A stretch of DNA of 64,000 nucleotides, taken from an uncultured Thermus sp. Lineage in GTDB: Bacteria > Deinococcota > Deinococci > Deinococcales > Thermaceae. The notes beneath the pieces were generated by a model. That model had not been told where the DNA came from. It worked only from the letters and a program-made list of their open reading frames with translations, and ran no database searches. A program made the translations under genes and the position numbers. Numbering within the stretch: position 1 is the first letter of the stretch; each line of letters begins with the position of its first letter. Of the stretch, positions 17,023 to 26,032 are shown piece by piece. The stretch lies in the NCBI GenBank assembly GCA_947085095.1, contig CAMTVD010000006.1:20911-84910 (forward strand), read 5' to 3'.

Positions 17023-17402
17023 AGGACGGCGATCTCCACCTCCCGCCCCTCGGGCAGGAGGAAGGCCCGGAAGCCATCGGTGCCGAAGATCACGTAGGGC
17101 ACCCGCCAGCGGGCCTCCTTGAGGTCCGTGGGGCTGGGGAAGGCCGGGCCCCGGGGATGGGAGTGGTAGATGGCCAGAAGCTCAAGGCCCTCCCTTTCCA
17201 GCTCCCTAAGGGCCTTCAAAAGGGCCAGGGGCTCCGCCAGGTAGCCGCTTAGGGGGTTCGGGTGGACGTTGGGCAAGGGGATGACCCTCTCCACCTCCCG
17301 CCTGCCCGCCCAAAGCCCCACCCCTTCCTTGGGGAACTCCCGCTTAAGGTGGTCCTCGGTGGCCTGAAGGAGCCCGCGCGGCACGTAGAGCATCCGGGAC
17401 AA
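17019..17402 (-). CDS. JAMM/MPN+ metalloprotease (Mov34 family)
   Basis: Complete JAMM motif: E (KEGVGLW) followed by HSHPRGPAFPSPTD. 127 aa. Confidence 0.8.
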   Translation of the reverse strand: MSRMLYVPRGLLQATEDHLKREFPKEGVGLWAGRREVERVIPLPNVHPNPLSGYLAEPLALLKALRELEREGLELLAIYHSHPRGPAFPSPTDLKEARWRVPYVIFGTDGFRAFLLPEGREVEIAVL

Positions 17403-17449
17403 TCGCCCCCTTTCCGGCCCTATACTATGGGCACCAAGAGGGAGGGACC

Positions 17450-19426
17450 ATGATCCGAACCGTCGCCCTGGTGGGCCATGCGCAAAGCGGCAAAACCACC
17501 CTAACGGAAGCCCTTCTCTACAAAACGGGGGCCAAGGACCGCATGGGCCGGGTGGAGGACGGCACCACCACCACGGACTATACCCCCGAGGCCAAGCTCC
17601 ACCGCACCACGGTGCGCACCGGGGTGGCCCCCTTGCGCCACAGGGGGCACCGCATCTTCCTCCTGGACGCCCCCGGCTACGGGGACTTCGTGGGGGAGAT
17701 CCGGGGGGCCCTCGAGGCCGCCGACGCCGCCCTGGTGGCCGTGTCCGCGGAAAACGGGGTCCAGGTGGGCACGGAGAGGGCCTGGACCGTGGCCGAGCGC
17801 CTGGGCCTCCCCCGGATGGTGGTGGTCACCAAGCTGGACAAGGGTGGGGACTACTACGCCCTCCTGGAAAGCCTCCGGAGCACCCTGGGCCACATCCTCC
17901 CCATAGACCTCCCCCTCTACGAGGGGGGCAGGTGGGTGGGGCTCATTGACGTCTTCCACGGGAAGGCCTACCGCTATGGGAACGGGGAGGAGGTGGAGGT
18001 CCCCATCCCCGAAGAGGAGCGGGAAAAAGCCCTCCGATTCCGGCAGGAGGTCTTGGAGGCCATCGTGGAGACGGACGAAACCCTTCTGGAGAAGTACCTG
18101 GAGGGGGAGGAGGTCTCGGGAGCGGCCCTGGAGAAGGCCTTCCACGAGGCGGTGCGCCAGGGCCTCCTCTACCCCGTGGCCCTGGCCTCTGGGCCCACCG
18201 GCATCGGGGTCCTGCCCCTATTGGACCTGATCCTCGAGGCCCTCCCCTCCCCCGAGGAGCGCTTCGGGAACGGCGCGCCCCTCGCCAAGGTCTTCAAGGT
18301 GCAGGTGGACCCCTTCATGGGCCAGGTGGCCTACGTGCGCCTCTACCGGGGAAGGCTCAAGCCCGGGGACACCCTCATGAGCGAGGCGGGGACCATCCGC
18401 CTTCCCCACCTCTACGTGCCCATGGGCAAGGACCTCCTGGAGGTGGAGGAGGCGGAGGCGGGCTACATCCTGGGCCTCCCCAAGGCGGAAAACCTCCACC
18501 GGGGCATGGTCCTCTGGCAGGGGGAAAGGCCGGAGAGCGAGGCGGTGCCCTTCGCCCGCCTCCCCGAGCCCAACGTGCCCGTGGCCATCCACCCCAAGGG
18601 GCGCACGGACGAGGCCAAGCTGGGGGAGGCCCTGAGGAAGCTTTTGGAGGAGGACCCGAGCCTCAGGCTGGAGCGGCAGGAGGAAACGGGGGAGCTCCTC
18701 CTTTGGGGCCACGGGGAGCTCCACCTCACCACCGCCAAAGAGCGCCTTTCCGACTACGGGGTGGAGGTGGAGTTCTCCGTGCCCAAGGTCCCCTACCGGG
18801 AGACCATCAAGAGGGTGGCGGAGGGGCAGGGCAAGTACAAGAAGCAGACCGGGGGGCACGGCCAGTACGGGGATGTCTGGCTCCGCCTGGAGCCCGCCCC
18901 CGAGTACAGCTTTGAGTGGCGCATCACCGGGGGGGTCATCCCCTCCAAGTACCAGGAGGCCATTGAGGAAGGGATCAGGGAGGCCGCCAAGAAAGGGGTC
19001 CTGGCGGGCTATCCCGTCATGGGCTTCAAGGCCATCGTCTACAACGGCTCCTACCACGAGGTGGACTCCTCGGACCTGGCCTTCCAGATCGCCGCCAGCA
19101 TGGCCTTCAAGAAGGTGATGGAGCTGGCGAACCCTGTCCTCCTGGAACCCATCTACCAGATCAGGGTCCTGGCCCCCCAGGAGCGGGTGGGGGACATCCT
19201 CTCCGACCTCCAGGCGAGGCGGGGGCGGATCCTGGGCATGGAGCAGGAGGGGGCCCTGGCGGCGGTGCGGGCCGAGGTGCCCCTTTCTGAGGTCCTGGAG
19301 TACTACAAAACCCTTCCCAGCCTCACGGGCGGGGCCGGGGCCTACACCCTGGAGTTCAGCCACTACCAGGAGGTTCCCCCGCCCCTCGCCCAGAGGATCA
19401 TCCAGAGCCGGGCCCAGGAGGGCTGA
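17450..19426 (+). CDS. Elongation factor G paralog (EF-G2-like translational GTPase)
   Basis: G1 GHAQSGKTT, G3 DAPGYGDF and NKLD-like TKLD. EF-G domains II-V are visible. At 658 aa it is shorter than canonical EF-G. Confidence 0.9.
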   Translation: MIRTVALVGHAQSGKTTLTEALLYKTGAKDRMGRVEDGTTTTDYTPEAKLHRTTVRTGVAPLRHRGHRIFLLDAPGYGDFVGEIRGALEAADAALVAVSAENGVQVGTERAWTVAERLGLPRMVVVTKLDKGGDYYALLESLRSTLGHILPIDLPLYEGGRWVGLIDVFHGKAYRYGNGEEVEVPIPEEEREKALRFRQEVLEAIVETDETLLEKYLEGEEVSGAALEKAFHEAVRQGLLYPVALASGPTGIGVLPLLDLILEALPSPEERFGNGAPLAKVFKVQVDPFMGQVAYVRLYRGRLKPGDTLMSEAGTIRLPHLYVPMGKDLLEVEEAEAGYILGLPKAENLHRGMVLWQGERPESEAVPFARLPEPNVPVAIHPKGRTDEAKLGEALRKLLEEDPSLRLERQEETGELLLWGHGELHLTTAKERLSDYGVEVEFSVPKVPYRETIKRVAEGQGKYKKQTGGHGQYGDVWLRLEPAPEYSFEWRITGGVIPSKYQEAIEEGIREAAKKGVLAGYPVMGFKAIVYNGSYHEVDSSDLAFQIAASMAFKKVMELANPVLLEPIYQIRVLAPQERVGDILSDLQARRGRILGMEQEGALAAVRAEVPLSEVLEYYKTLPSLTGGAGAYTLEFSHYQEVPPPLAQRIIQSRAQEG

Positions 19427-19427
19427 G

Positions 19428-20318
19428 GTGGCCCTGGAGCGCCTGAGGGAAGCCTTGGCCCAGGCCCTCTTCGGCCAGGAGGAGGTCATAGAGGCCCTCC
19501 TGGCCACGGTCCTGGCCCGGGGGCACGCCCTCTTGGAAGGGGTCCCGGGCCTGGGCAAGACCCTGCTGGCGGAAAGCTTCGCCCGCGCAAGCGGCCTTTC
19601 CTACAAGCGCATCCAGTTTACCCCCGACCTTCTCCCCCAGGACCTCACGGGAAGCGAGGTCTTCCGGGAGGGGCGTTTTGAGTTCGTGAAGGGGCCCGTC
19701 TTCGCCCAGGTGGTCCTGGCGGACGAGGTGAACCGGGCCCCCCCCAAGGTGCAGTCGGCCCTCCTCGAGGCCATGCAGGAAAGGGCGGTCACCGCCGGGG
19801 GGGTACGCCACCCCCTGCCCGAGCCCTTCTTCGTAGTGGCCACGCAAAACCCCCTGGAGCTGGAAGGGACCTATCCCCTCCCCGAGGCCCAGCTGGACCG
19901 CTTCACCGCCCGGATCGTCTTCCGCCCCCCCAGGCGGGAGGTGTGGCTCAGGATCCTCACCGAGGAGCCCAAAACCCCAGAGCCCTTGGAGGTGGACTTT
20001 CCCCAGGTGCAAAAGGAGGCCCGGGAGGTCCGGGTGGCCAGGGAGGCCCTCGAGGCCATCACCCACGTGGCCTTCCTCACCGCCGAGGACAAGAGGCTCC
20101 GCATGGGCCTCTCCCCCCGGGGGGCCAAGGCCTGGCTCTCCTTGGCCAAGGCCCTGGCCCACCTCCGGGATAAGCCCCTGGTGGACTGGAAGGAGCTTAA
20201 GGACGCCGCCTCCTTAGCCCTCCCCCATCGCCTTTTCCTCACGGAGGAGGCCCTTTACGAGGGGGAAAGCGCCGAGAAGGTGCTCATGGAAGCCTTGAGG
20301 AAAGGAGGTATTCCGTGA
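19428..20318 (+). CDS. MoxR-family AAA+ ATPase
   Basis: Walker A GVPGLGKT, Walker B LADEVNRA and LLEAMQERAVT. The GTG start lies 1 nt after the EF-G2 stop. Confidence 0.9.
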   Translation: MALERLREALAQALFGQEEVIEALLATVLARGHALLEGVPGLGKTLLAESFARASGLSYKRIQFTPDLLPQDLTGSEVFREGRFEFVKGPVFAQVVLADEVNRAPPKVQSALLEAMQERAVTAGGVRHPLPEPFFVVATQNPLELEGTYPLPEAQLDRFTARIVFRPPRREVWLRILTEEPKTPEPLEVDFPQVQKEAREVRVAREALEAITHVAFLTAEDKRLRMGLSPRGAKAWLSLAKALAHLRDKPLVDWKELKDAASLALPHRLFLTEEALYEGESAEKVLMEALRKGGIP

Positions 20319-22702
20319 AGTGGATCCGGTTTTTCCACGAGGTGGGCCTCGAGGACGTCCCCCTGGTGGGGGGCAAGAACGCCTCCCTGGGGGAGATGAT
20401 CCGGGAGCTCTCCCCTTTGGGGGTGAGGGTCCCCCCGGGCTTCGCCACCACCAGCCAGGCCTACTGGCACTTCCTGGAAGAGAACGGCCTGAAAGAGGCC
20501 ATCGCCCGGGAGCTACAGAACCTAGATGTGGAGGACCCGGAGGCCTTGGGACGGACAAGCCGCCGCATCCGGAACCTGATCCTAAAGGGGGAGTACCCGG
20601 AAGACCTGAGGGAGGAGATCCTCGCCGCCTACCGGAAACTCTCCCAGGAGGCGGGGGAGGAGGCCATCCCCGTGGCCGTGCGGAGTAGCGCCACCGCCGA
20701 GGACCTCCCCACCGCCAGCTTCGCCGGCCAGCAGGAGAGCTACCTCTACGTCCAGGGGGAGGAGGACCTCCTCCTCCACGCAAAGCGGGCCATGGCCAGC
20801 CTCTTCACCGCCCGGGCCATCAGCTACCGGGCCCACATGGGCTTTGACCACCTGAAGGTGGCCCTCTCCGTGGGGGTCCAGCGCATGGTGCGGGCGGACT
20901 CGGGCGCAAGCGGGGTCATCTTCACCCTGGACCCGGACACGGGGCATCCTGGCTTCGTCTACCTCACCGCCATCTACGGCCTGGGGGAGAACATCGTCCA
21001 GGGGCGGGTGGTGCCGGATGGGTACTACGTGCACAAGGAGGCCCTGCGCCAGGGCTACAAGGCCCTGGTCTACCGAAAGCTGGGGGCCAAGGAGCTCACC
21101 CTGGCCTACGATCCCAAGGAGGGCCGCCTCAAAAACCGCCCTACCCCCCCTTACCTGAGGAACCAGTTCGCCCTAAAGGAGGAGGAGGTCCTCCTCCTTT
21201 CGGACTGGTCCATACGCATTGAGGACCACTACACCCGGAAGCGGGGAACCCCCACCCCCATGGACATTGAGTGGGCCAAGGACGGCCCCACGGGGGAGCT
21301 CTTCATCCTCCAGGCCCGGCCGGAGACCGTCCACTCGCAAAAGAGCCCGGTCCTAAGGATCTACCGCCTCCTGGGCCGGGGGGAGGTCCTGGCCGAGGGC
21401 CTGGCGGTGGGGGAGGCCATCGCCCAGGGCCGGGCCCGCATCCTCAAGGACCCCAAGGAGATGGACCGCTTTCAGGAGGGGGAGGTCCTGGTCACCGAGA
21501 CCACCAACCCCGACTGGGAGCCCATCATGAAAAAGGCGGCGGCCATCGTCACCGAGCGGGGCGGGCGCACCTCCCACGCCGCCATCGTGGCCCGGGAGCT
21601 GGGGGTGCCCGCCATCGTGGGGGCGGTGGGGGCTACCGGGAGCATCCCCGAGGGGGAGGAGGTCACGGTCTCCTGCGCCGAGGGGGAGGTGGGCCGGGTC
21701 TACCGGGGGAGGCTCCCCTACGAGGTGGAGGAGATCCACCCCGAAAGCCTCCCCAAGACCCGCACCCGGGTCCTGGTGAACGTGGGCACCCCGGAGGAGG
21801 CCCTGAAGGTGAGCCTCCTCCCCACGGACGGGGTGGGGCTTTTGCGCATGGAGTTCGTCTTCGCCAGCCACGTGCGGGTCCACCCCCTGGCCCTCACCCG
21901 CTACCAGACCCTGCCCAAGGAGGTCCGCCGCCAGGTGGACGAGGCCACCGAGGGGTATGGCGACAAGCGGGCCTATTTCGTGGAGCGGCTTTCCGAGGGC
22001 ATCGCCCTCATCGCCGCCGCCTTCTACCCCAGGCCCGTCCTCCTCCGCTTCTCCGACTTCAAGACCAACGAGTACGCCCGCCTCATCGGAGGACACCTCT
22101 TTGAGCCCAAGGAGGAGAACCCCATGCTGGGCTGGCGGGGAGCGAGCCGCTACTACCACCCGGACTACAAGGAGGGCTTTTTGCTGGAGGTGGCGGCGGT
22201 GAAGCGGGTGCGGGAGGAGATGGGTCTCAAGAACCTCATGGTCATGGTGCCCTTCTGCCGCACGCCGGAGGAGGGGGAGAGGGTGCTAAGGGTCATGGAG
22301 GAGGGAGGGCTCAGGCGGGGGGAGGGGGGGCTAGAGGTCTACGTGATGGCGGAGATCCCCTCTAACGTCCTCGAGGCCGAGGCCTTCGCCCAGCTCTTTG
22401 ACGGCTTCTCCATCGGCTCCAACGACCTCACCCAGCTGGCCTTGGGCCTGGATCGGGACTCGGAGCGGGTGGCCCACCTCTTTGACGAGAGGCGGGAGAC
22501 GGTGAAGGCCCTGTGCGCCCTGCTCATTGAGAAGGCCCACGCCAAGGGGAAGAAGGTGGGCATCTGCGGCCAGGCCCCTTCCGACTACCCCGAGTTCGCC
22601 GCCTTCTTGGTGGAAAGGGGCATTGACTCCCTAAGCCTCAACCCCGACGCCCTCCTGCGCACGGTGAAGAGGGTGGCGGAGATAGAAAGCGCCCTCCCCT
22701 GA
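20315..22702 (+). CDS. ppsA: Phosphoenolpyruvate synthase
   Basis: Motifs VGGKNASLGEM, the phosphohistidine region TNPDW...GGRTSHAAIVARELG, and a C-terminal PEP-utilising domain with IGSNDLTQ. The GTG start makes a GTGA overlap with moxR. Confidence 0.95.
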   Translation: MKWIRFFHEVGLEDVPLVGGKNASLGEMIRELSPLGVRVPPGFATTSQAYWHFLEENGLKEAIARELQNLDVEDPEALGRTSRRIRNLILKGEYPEDLREEILAAYRKLSQEAGEEAIPVAVRSSATAEDLPTASFAGQQESYLYVQGEEDLLLHAKRAMASLFTARAISYRAHMGFDHLKVALSVGVQRMVRADSGASGVIFTLDPDTGHPGFVYLTAIYGLGENIVQGRVVPDGYYVHKEALRQGYKALVYRKLGAKELTLAYDPKEGRLKNRPTPPYLRNQFALKEEEVLLLSDWSIRIEDHYTRKRGTPTPMDIEWAKDGPTGELFILQARPETVHSQKSPVLRIYRLLGRGEVLAEGLAVGEAIAQGRARILKDPKEMDRFQEGEVLVTETTNPDWEPIMKKAAAIVTERGGRTSHAAIVARELGVPAIVGAVGATGSIPEGEEVTVSCAEGEVGRVYRGRLPYEVEEIHPESLPKTRTRVLVNVGTPEEALKVSLLPTDGVGLLRMEFVFASHVRVHPLALTRYQTLPKEVRRQVDEATEGYGDKRAYFVERLSEGIALIAAAFYPRPVLLRFSDFKTNEYARLIGGHLFEPKEENPMLGWRGASRYYHPDYKEGFLLEVAAVKRVREEMGLKNLMVMVPFCRTPEEGERVLRVMEEGGLRRGEGGLEVYVMAEIPSNVLEAEAFAQLFDGFSIGSNDLTQLALGLDRDSERVAHLFDERRETVKALCALLIEKAHAKGKKVGICGQAPSDYPEFAAFLVERGIDSLSLNPDALLRTVKRVAEIESALP

Positions 22703-22713
22703 TATCCTGGGGC

Positions 22714-23331
22714 ATGGTGCGCGAGCCCTTCAACGCCCTAAGCCATGCCCTGGGGGTACCCCTGGCCTTGCTGGGAAGTCTGGTCCTCCTCCTTATGGCC
22801 CCTAAGGAGGTCTGGCCGGCCCTCCTGGTCTTCGGCCTCACCATGGCCCTGATGTTCGGAGCCAGCGCCCTCTACCACGCCCTGAAGGTGGAGGCAGGGG
22901 CCCTAGCCTGGCTCCGCCGCCTGGACCATGCGGCCATCTTCCTCTTCATCGCCGGGAGCTACACCCCCTTCCTGATGGAAGGTCTGGAGGCGGGGCCTAG
23001 GACCTTCGCCTTGGGGCTGGTCTGGGGCCTGGCCCTTCTGGGGGTGGGCTTCCGCCTCTTCTTCCTCAAGGCCCCCCGCTGGCTGTACACCCTGGCCTAT
23101 CTAGGTCTGGGATGGCTTTCCGTCCTCTTCCTGCCCAGGCTGGACCTTTCCCTCTCCACCTTCGCCCTCATGGCCATCTCCGGGACCTTCTACACCCTGG
23201 GAGCCCTGGTCTACTGGCGGAAGCGGCCCAACCCCTGGCCCAAGCAGGTGGGCTTCCACGGGCTTTGGCACCTCTTGGTCCTCCTGGGCAGCCTCTTCAT
23301 GTACCTGGCGGTGCTGAGCCTTTACGTCTAA
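22714..23331 (+). CDS. Hemolysin III / PAQR family membrane protein
   Basis: Seven predicted TM segments. Motifs NALSH, LDHAAIF and HGLWHLLV. Confidence 0.85.
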   Translation: MVREPFNALSHALGVPLALLGSLVLLLMAPKEVWPALLVFGLTMALMFGASALYHALKVEAGALAWLRRLDHAAIFLFIAGSYTPFLMEGLEAGPRTFALGLVWGLALLGVGFRLFFLKAPRWLYTLAYLGLGWLSVLFLPRLDLSLSTFALMAISGTFYTLGALVYWRKRPNPWPKQVGFHGLWHLLVLLGSLFMYLAVLSLYV

Positions 23332-23348
23332 CTTTCTCATGAGAAAGT
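23331..23348. promoter_or_regulatory. Perfect 18-bp palindrome ACTTTCTCATGAGAAAGT
   Basis: Starts at the last base of the hlyIII stop codon and ends 17 bp upstream of the response regulator ATG. It could be either a terminator stem or an operator. Confidence 0.3.
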
Positions 23349-23364
23349 AAGCTACCATGGGGGT

Positions 23365-24039
23365 ATGGAACCCCCTCTGATCCTGATCGTGGAGGACGAG
23401 AAGGACATCGCCCGCTTCATAGAGCTGGAGCTTATGGCGGAGGGCTACCGCACCGAGGTGGCCCACGACGGCATCACCGGGCTTTCCAAGTTCCGGGAGG
23501 TGAACCCCAACCTGGTCATCCTGGACCTGATGCTCCCGGTCATGGACGGGATTGAGGTGGCTAGGCGCATCCGCAAGACCTCCAACGTGCCCATCCTCAT
23601 CCTCACCGCCAAGGACCGGGTGGAGGACAAGGTTCTGGGCCTGGATGCGGGGGCCGACGACTACCTGGTGAAGCCCTTCTCCATTGAGGAGCTGTTGGCC
23701 CGGGTGCGGGCCCACCTGCGCCGGGTAACCCCAGCCATCACCGGGGAGATCCGGGTGGCGGACCTGATCGTCAACCTCGAGGGCCGGGAGGTCTTCCGGG
23801 GGGGGCGCCGGATCGAGCTCTCCAACAAGGAGTTTGAGCTCCTGGAGCTCTTGGCCAAGAACCCGGGCAAGGTCTTCAGCCGCTACGAGATTGAGGAAAA
23901 GGTCTGGCCCGGCTACCAGGGCGGGAGCAACGTGGTGGACGTCTACATCGGCTACCTGCGCAAGAAGCTGGAGGCGGGCGGGGAGCGCCGCCTCATCCAC
24001 ACCGTGCGGGGCGTGGGGTACGTGCTGAGGGAGGACTAG
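23365..24039 (+). CDS. OmpR-family response regulator
   Basis: Receiver domain (ILIVEDE, LDLMLP, LTAKD) plus a winged-helix domain ([19 protein letters not shown]). Confidence 0.9.
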   Translation: MEPPLILIVEDEKDIARFIELELMAEGYRTEVAHDGITGLSKFREVNPNLVILDLMLPVMDGIEVARRIRKTSNVPILILTAKDRVEDKVLGLDAGADDYLVKPFSIEELLARVRAHLRRVTPAITGEIRVADLIVNLEGREVFRGGRRIELSNKEFELLELLAKNPGKVFSRYEIEEKVWPGYQGGSNVVDVYIGYLRKKLEAGGERRLIHTVRGVGYVLRED

Positions 24040-24043
24040 GACC

Positions 24044-25450
24044 CTGAGCCTAAGAAGCCGCATCACCCTCCTCACCGCGGGCCTCCTCCTCGTCACCCTC
24101 CTCCTCTTAGGCTTCGCCCTGGAGAGGCTTTTAGGGAGCTTCCTCTACCGCAACCTGCGGGGGGAGCTTCTGGAGGCCAGCAACCAGGTGGTCCGCCTCC
24201 TCAACCTGGGGGGGCAGGCCCTCCTGGAGGCGGGGCTTCCCCCGAGCCTCTACGCCGAGGTCCAGCTCATCCCTGAGGAGGACCCCGCCCTACTGGCCCG
24301 GGAGGGAGGGATCAGCCTGCAGCGGAGCCCCGCCCTCGGAAGCCAGCGCCTGGTCCTGAAGGAGGCGGACTACCGGGCCCTCCTAAAAGCGGGGGAGGTC
24401 TGGGCGGAGGCGGAGCTTCCCCGGGAAGGCCAGCCCCTCCGCCTCCTGGTCTACGCCAAGGAGGTGGAGGTGAACCTGGGGGGAGCGGTCTGGAAGGGGG
24501 TCCTCTTGGTGGGCAGGCCCACGGAGGACCTCGAGGCCACCCTGGTCCAGTTCGCCCGCATCTACGCGGGGACGGCCCTCTTGGTCCTCCTCCTCGCCCT
24601 CCTCCTGGCGCGAAGCCTGGTGGCCCGGGCCCTGGAGCCCTTGGAGTGGCTGGCCCGCCGGGCCGAGGCCATGCCCGAGCGCCCCGAGCCCCTCCCCGAA
24701 CCCGAGGGGAAGGACGAGGTGGCCGCCCTGGTCAAGGCCCTAAACGGCATGATCACCCGCATGCAAAAGGCCTTTGAGGCCCAGACCCGCTTCCTCCAGG
24801 ACGCCTCCCACGAGCTCAGGACCCCCATCACCGCCATCCTGGGGCACGTGGGCTACCTCCTAAGGCGCACCCCCCTCACCGAGGCCCAGAAGGAGAGCCT
24901 GGAGATCGTGAAGCGGGAGGCGGAGCGCATGGGCAAGCTGGTCTCGGACCTCCTGGACCTCTCCCAAAGCGGCACCTGGCGCATGGAGTCCGTGCCCGTG
25001 CGGGTCCTGGAGCTTCTGGAGGAGGTGAGGGGGGAGTTCGCCAAAAGCTTTGAGGGGGAGATCCTGGTGGAGGCCCCCGAGGACCTCCACGTGCAAGGGG
25101 ACCCCGATCGGCTTCACCAGGTGCTCGCCAACCTGGTCTCCAACGCCCTTAAGGCCGGGGCGAAGACGGTGTGGCTCAGGGCCTTTGACCTGGGCGACCG
25201 GGCGGTGGTGCGGGTGGAGGACGATGGGGAGGGGATCCCCCCAGAGCACCTCCCCCACCTCTTTGAACGCTTCTACCGGGTGGACAAGGCGCGGGACCGG
25301 GAACGGGGGGGCTCGGGCCTCGGCCTCGCCATCGTGAAGGCCATCCTCGAGGCCCACGGAGGCGAGATCTGGGTGGAAAGCCAGATGGGCCAGGGCACCG
25401 CCTTCAGCTTCTCCCTCCCCGCAAGCGGGCCACCGCCTCCTCCACGCTGA
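24044..25450 (+). CDS. Sensor histidine kinase (2 TM, HAMP, HisKA, HATPase_c), probable CTG start
   Basis: H-box SHELRTP, an N-box and a G-box GGSGLGLAIV. The first ATG/GTG/TTG is at 24188. In-frame sequence from 24044 (CTG) encodes LSLRSRITLLTAGLLLVTLLLLGFAL, which is TM1. SD GGAGG at 24030-24034 lies 9 nt upstream of the CTG. Confidence 0.8.
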   Translation: MSLRSRITLLTAGLLLVTLLLLGFALERLLGSFLYRNLRGELLEASNQVVRLLNLGGQALLEAGLPPSLYAEVQLIPEEDPALLAREGGISLQRSPALGSQRLVLKEADYRALLKAGEVWAEAELPREGQPLRLLVYAKEVEVNLGGAVWKGVLLVGRPTEDLEATLVQFARIYAGTALLVLLLALLLARSLVARALEPLEWLARRAEAMPERPEPLPEPEGKDEVAALVKALNGMITRMQKAFEAQTRFLQDASHELRTPITAILGHVGYLLRRTPLTEAQKESLEIVKREAERMGKLVSDLLDLSQSGTWRMESVPVRVLELLEEVRGEFAKSFEGEILVEAPEDLHVQGDPDRLHQVLANLVSNALKAGAKTVWLRAFDLGDRAVVRVEDDGEGIPPEHLPHLFERFYRVDKARDRERGGSGLGLAIVKAILEAHGGEIWVESQMGQGTAFSFSLPASGPPPPPR

Positions 25451-25775
25451 TCTCCCCCCGGCGCAAGGCCTCGAGGACCTCCACGCGGTCTTCCCTCTCT
25501 TCCCCCGCCTCGTAACCCAAGGCCTTCAGGAGGGCGTCCAGCCTGGCCCGCACCGTGGGGTAGGAGACCCCCAGGATCCGCTCCACCTCCTTCAGGTTCC
25601 CCCGGGTCTTCACGAAGAGCCTCAGGAAGTCCAGGTGCTCCTTGGGCAGAAGGGCGAACTCGTTGGGGAGGAAGCGGCCCGAAACCTCGGTGCCGCAGGC
25701 CTCGCAGTAAAGGATCCTCACGGAAAGGGGCCCCTCGCAGGCGGGGCACCGCACCGGCATGGGTTTTTTCACCAT
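25404..25775 (-). CDS. DUF2089-like zinc-ribbon plus HTH protein
   Basis: CPACEGPL...YCEACG zinc ribbon. FVKTRGNLKEVERILGVSYPTVRARLD is an HTH. The C-terminal GEISVEEAVARL is a SHOCT-like tail. Confidence 0.7.
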   Translation of the reverse strand: MVKKPMPVRCPACEGPLSVRILYCEACGTEVSGRFLPNEFALLPKEHLDFLRLFVKTRGNLKEVERILGVSYPTVRARLDALLKALGYEAGEEREDRVEVLEALRRGEISVEEAVARLRGGRS

Positions 25776-26032
25776 AGTCCCACCTTCAGCCGCACGCCCT
25801 CGGCCTCCAGGGAAAGGAGGGGCAGGGGAGGAAGCCCCCTGAGGGCAAAGAGGGCCAGGAAAGGTACCCTCGGCCCCGGCCTTCCCCTAAGGAGCCCCCG
25901 GGTCTTCCAGAGGAAGAGGAGGAGGAGAAGCCCCCACTCCAGGAAGAAGAGGGGGAGGACGAGGTAGAGGGGGAAGGGCCAGGGCCCCCGCACCGCCAGG
26001 TAGAGAAACCGAGGCCTGAGGGGCGGCCTCAC
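25769..26032 (-). CDS. Small Pro/Leu-rich membrane protein (hypothetical)
   Basis: 87 aa with two hydrophobic segments. A GTGA overlap with the upstream gene and an ATGGTGA overlap with the downstream gene support translation. Confidence 0.5.
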   Translation of the reverse strand: MRPPLRPRFLYLAVRGPWPFPLYLVLPLFFLEWGLLLLLFLWKTRGLLRGRPGPRVPFLALFALRGLPPLPLLSLEAEGVRLKVGLW

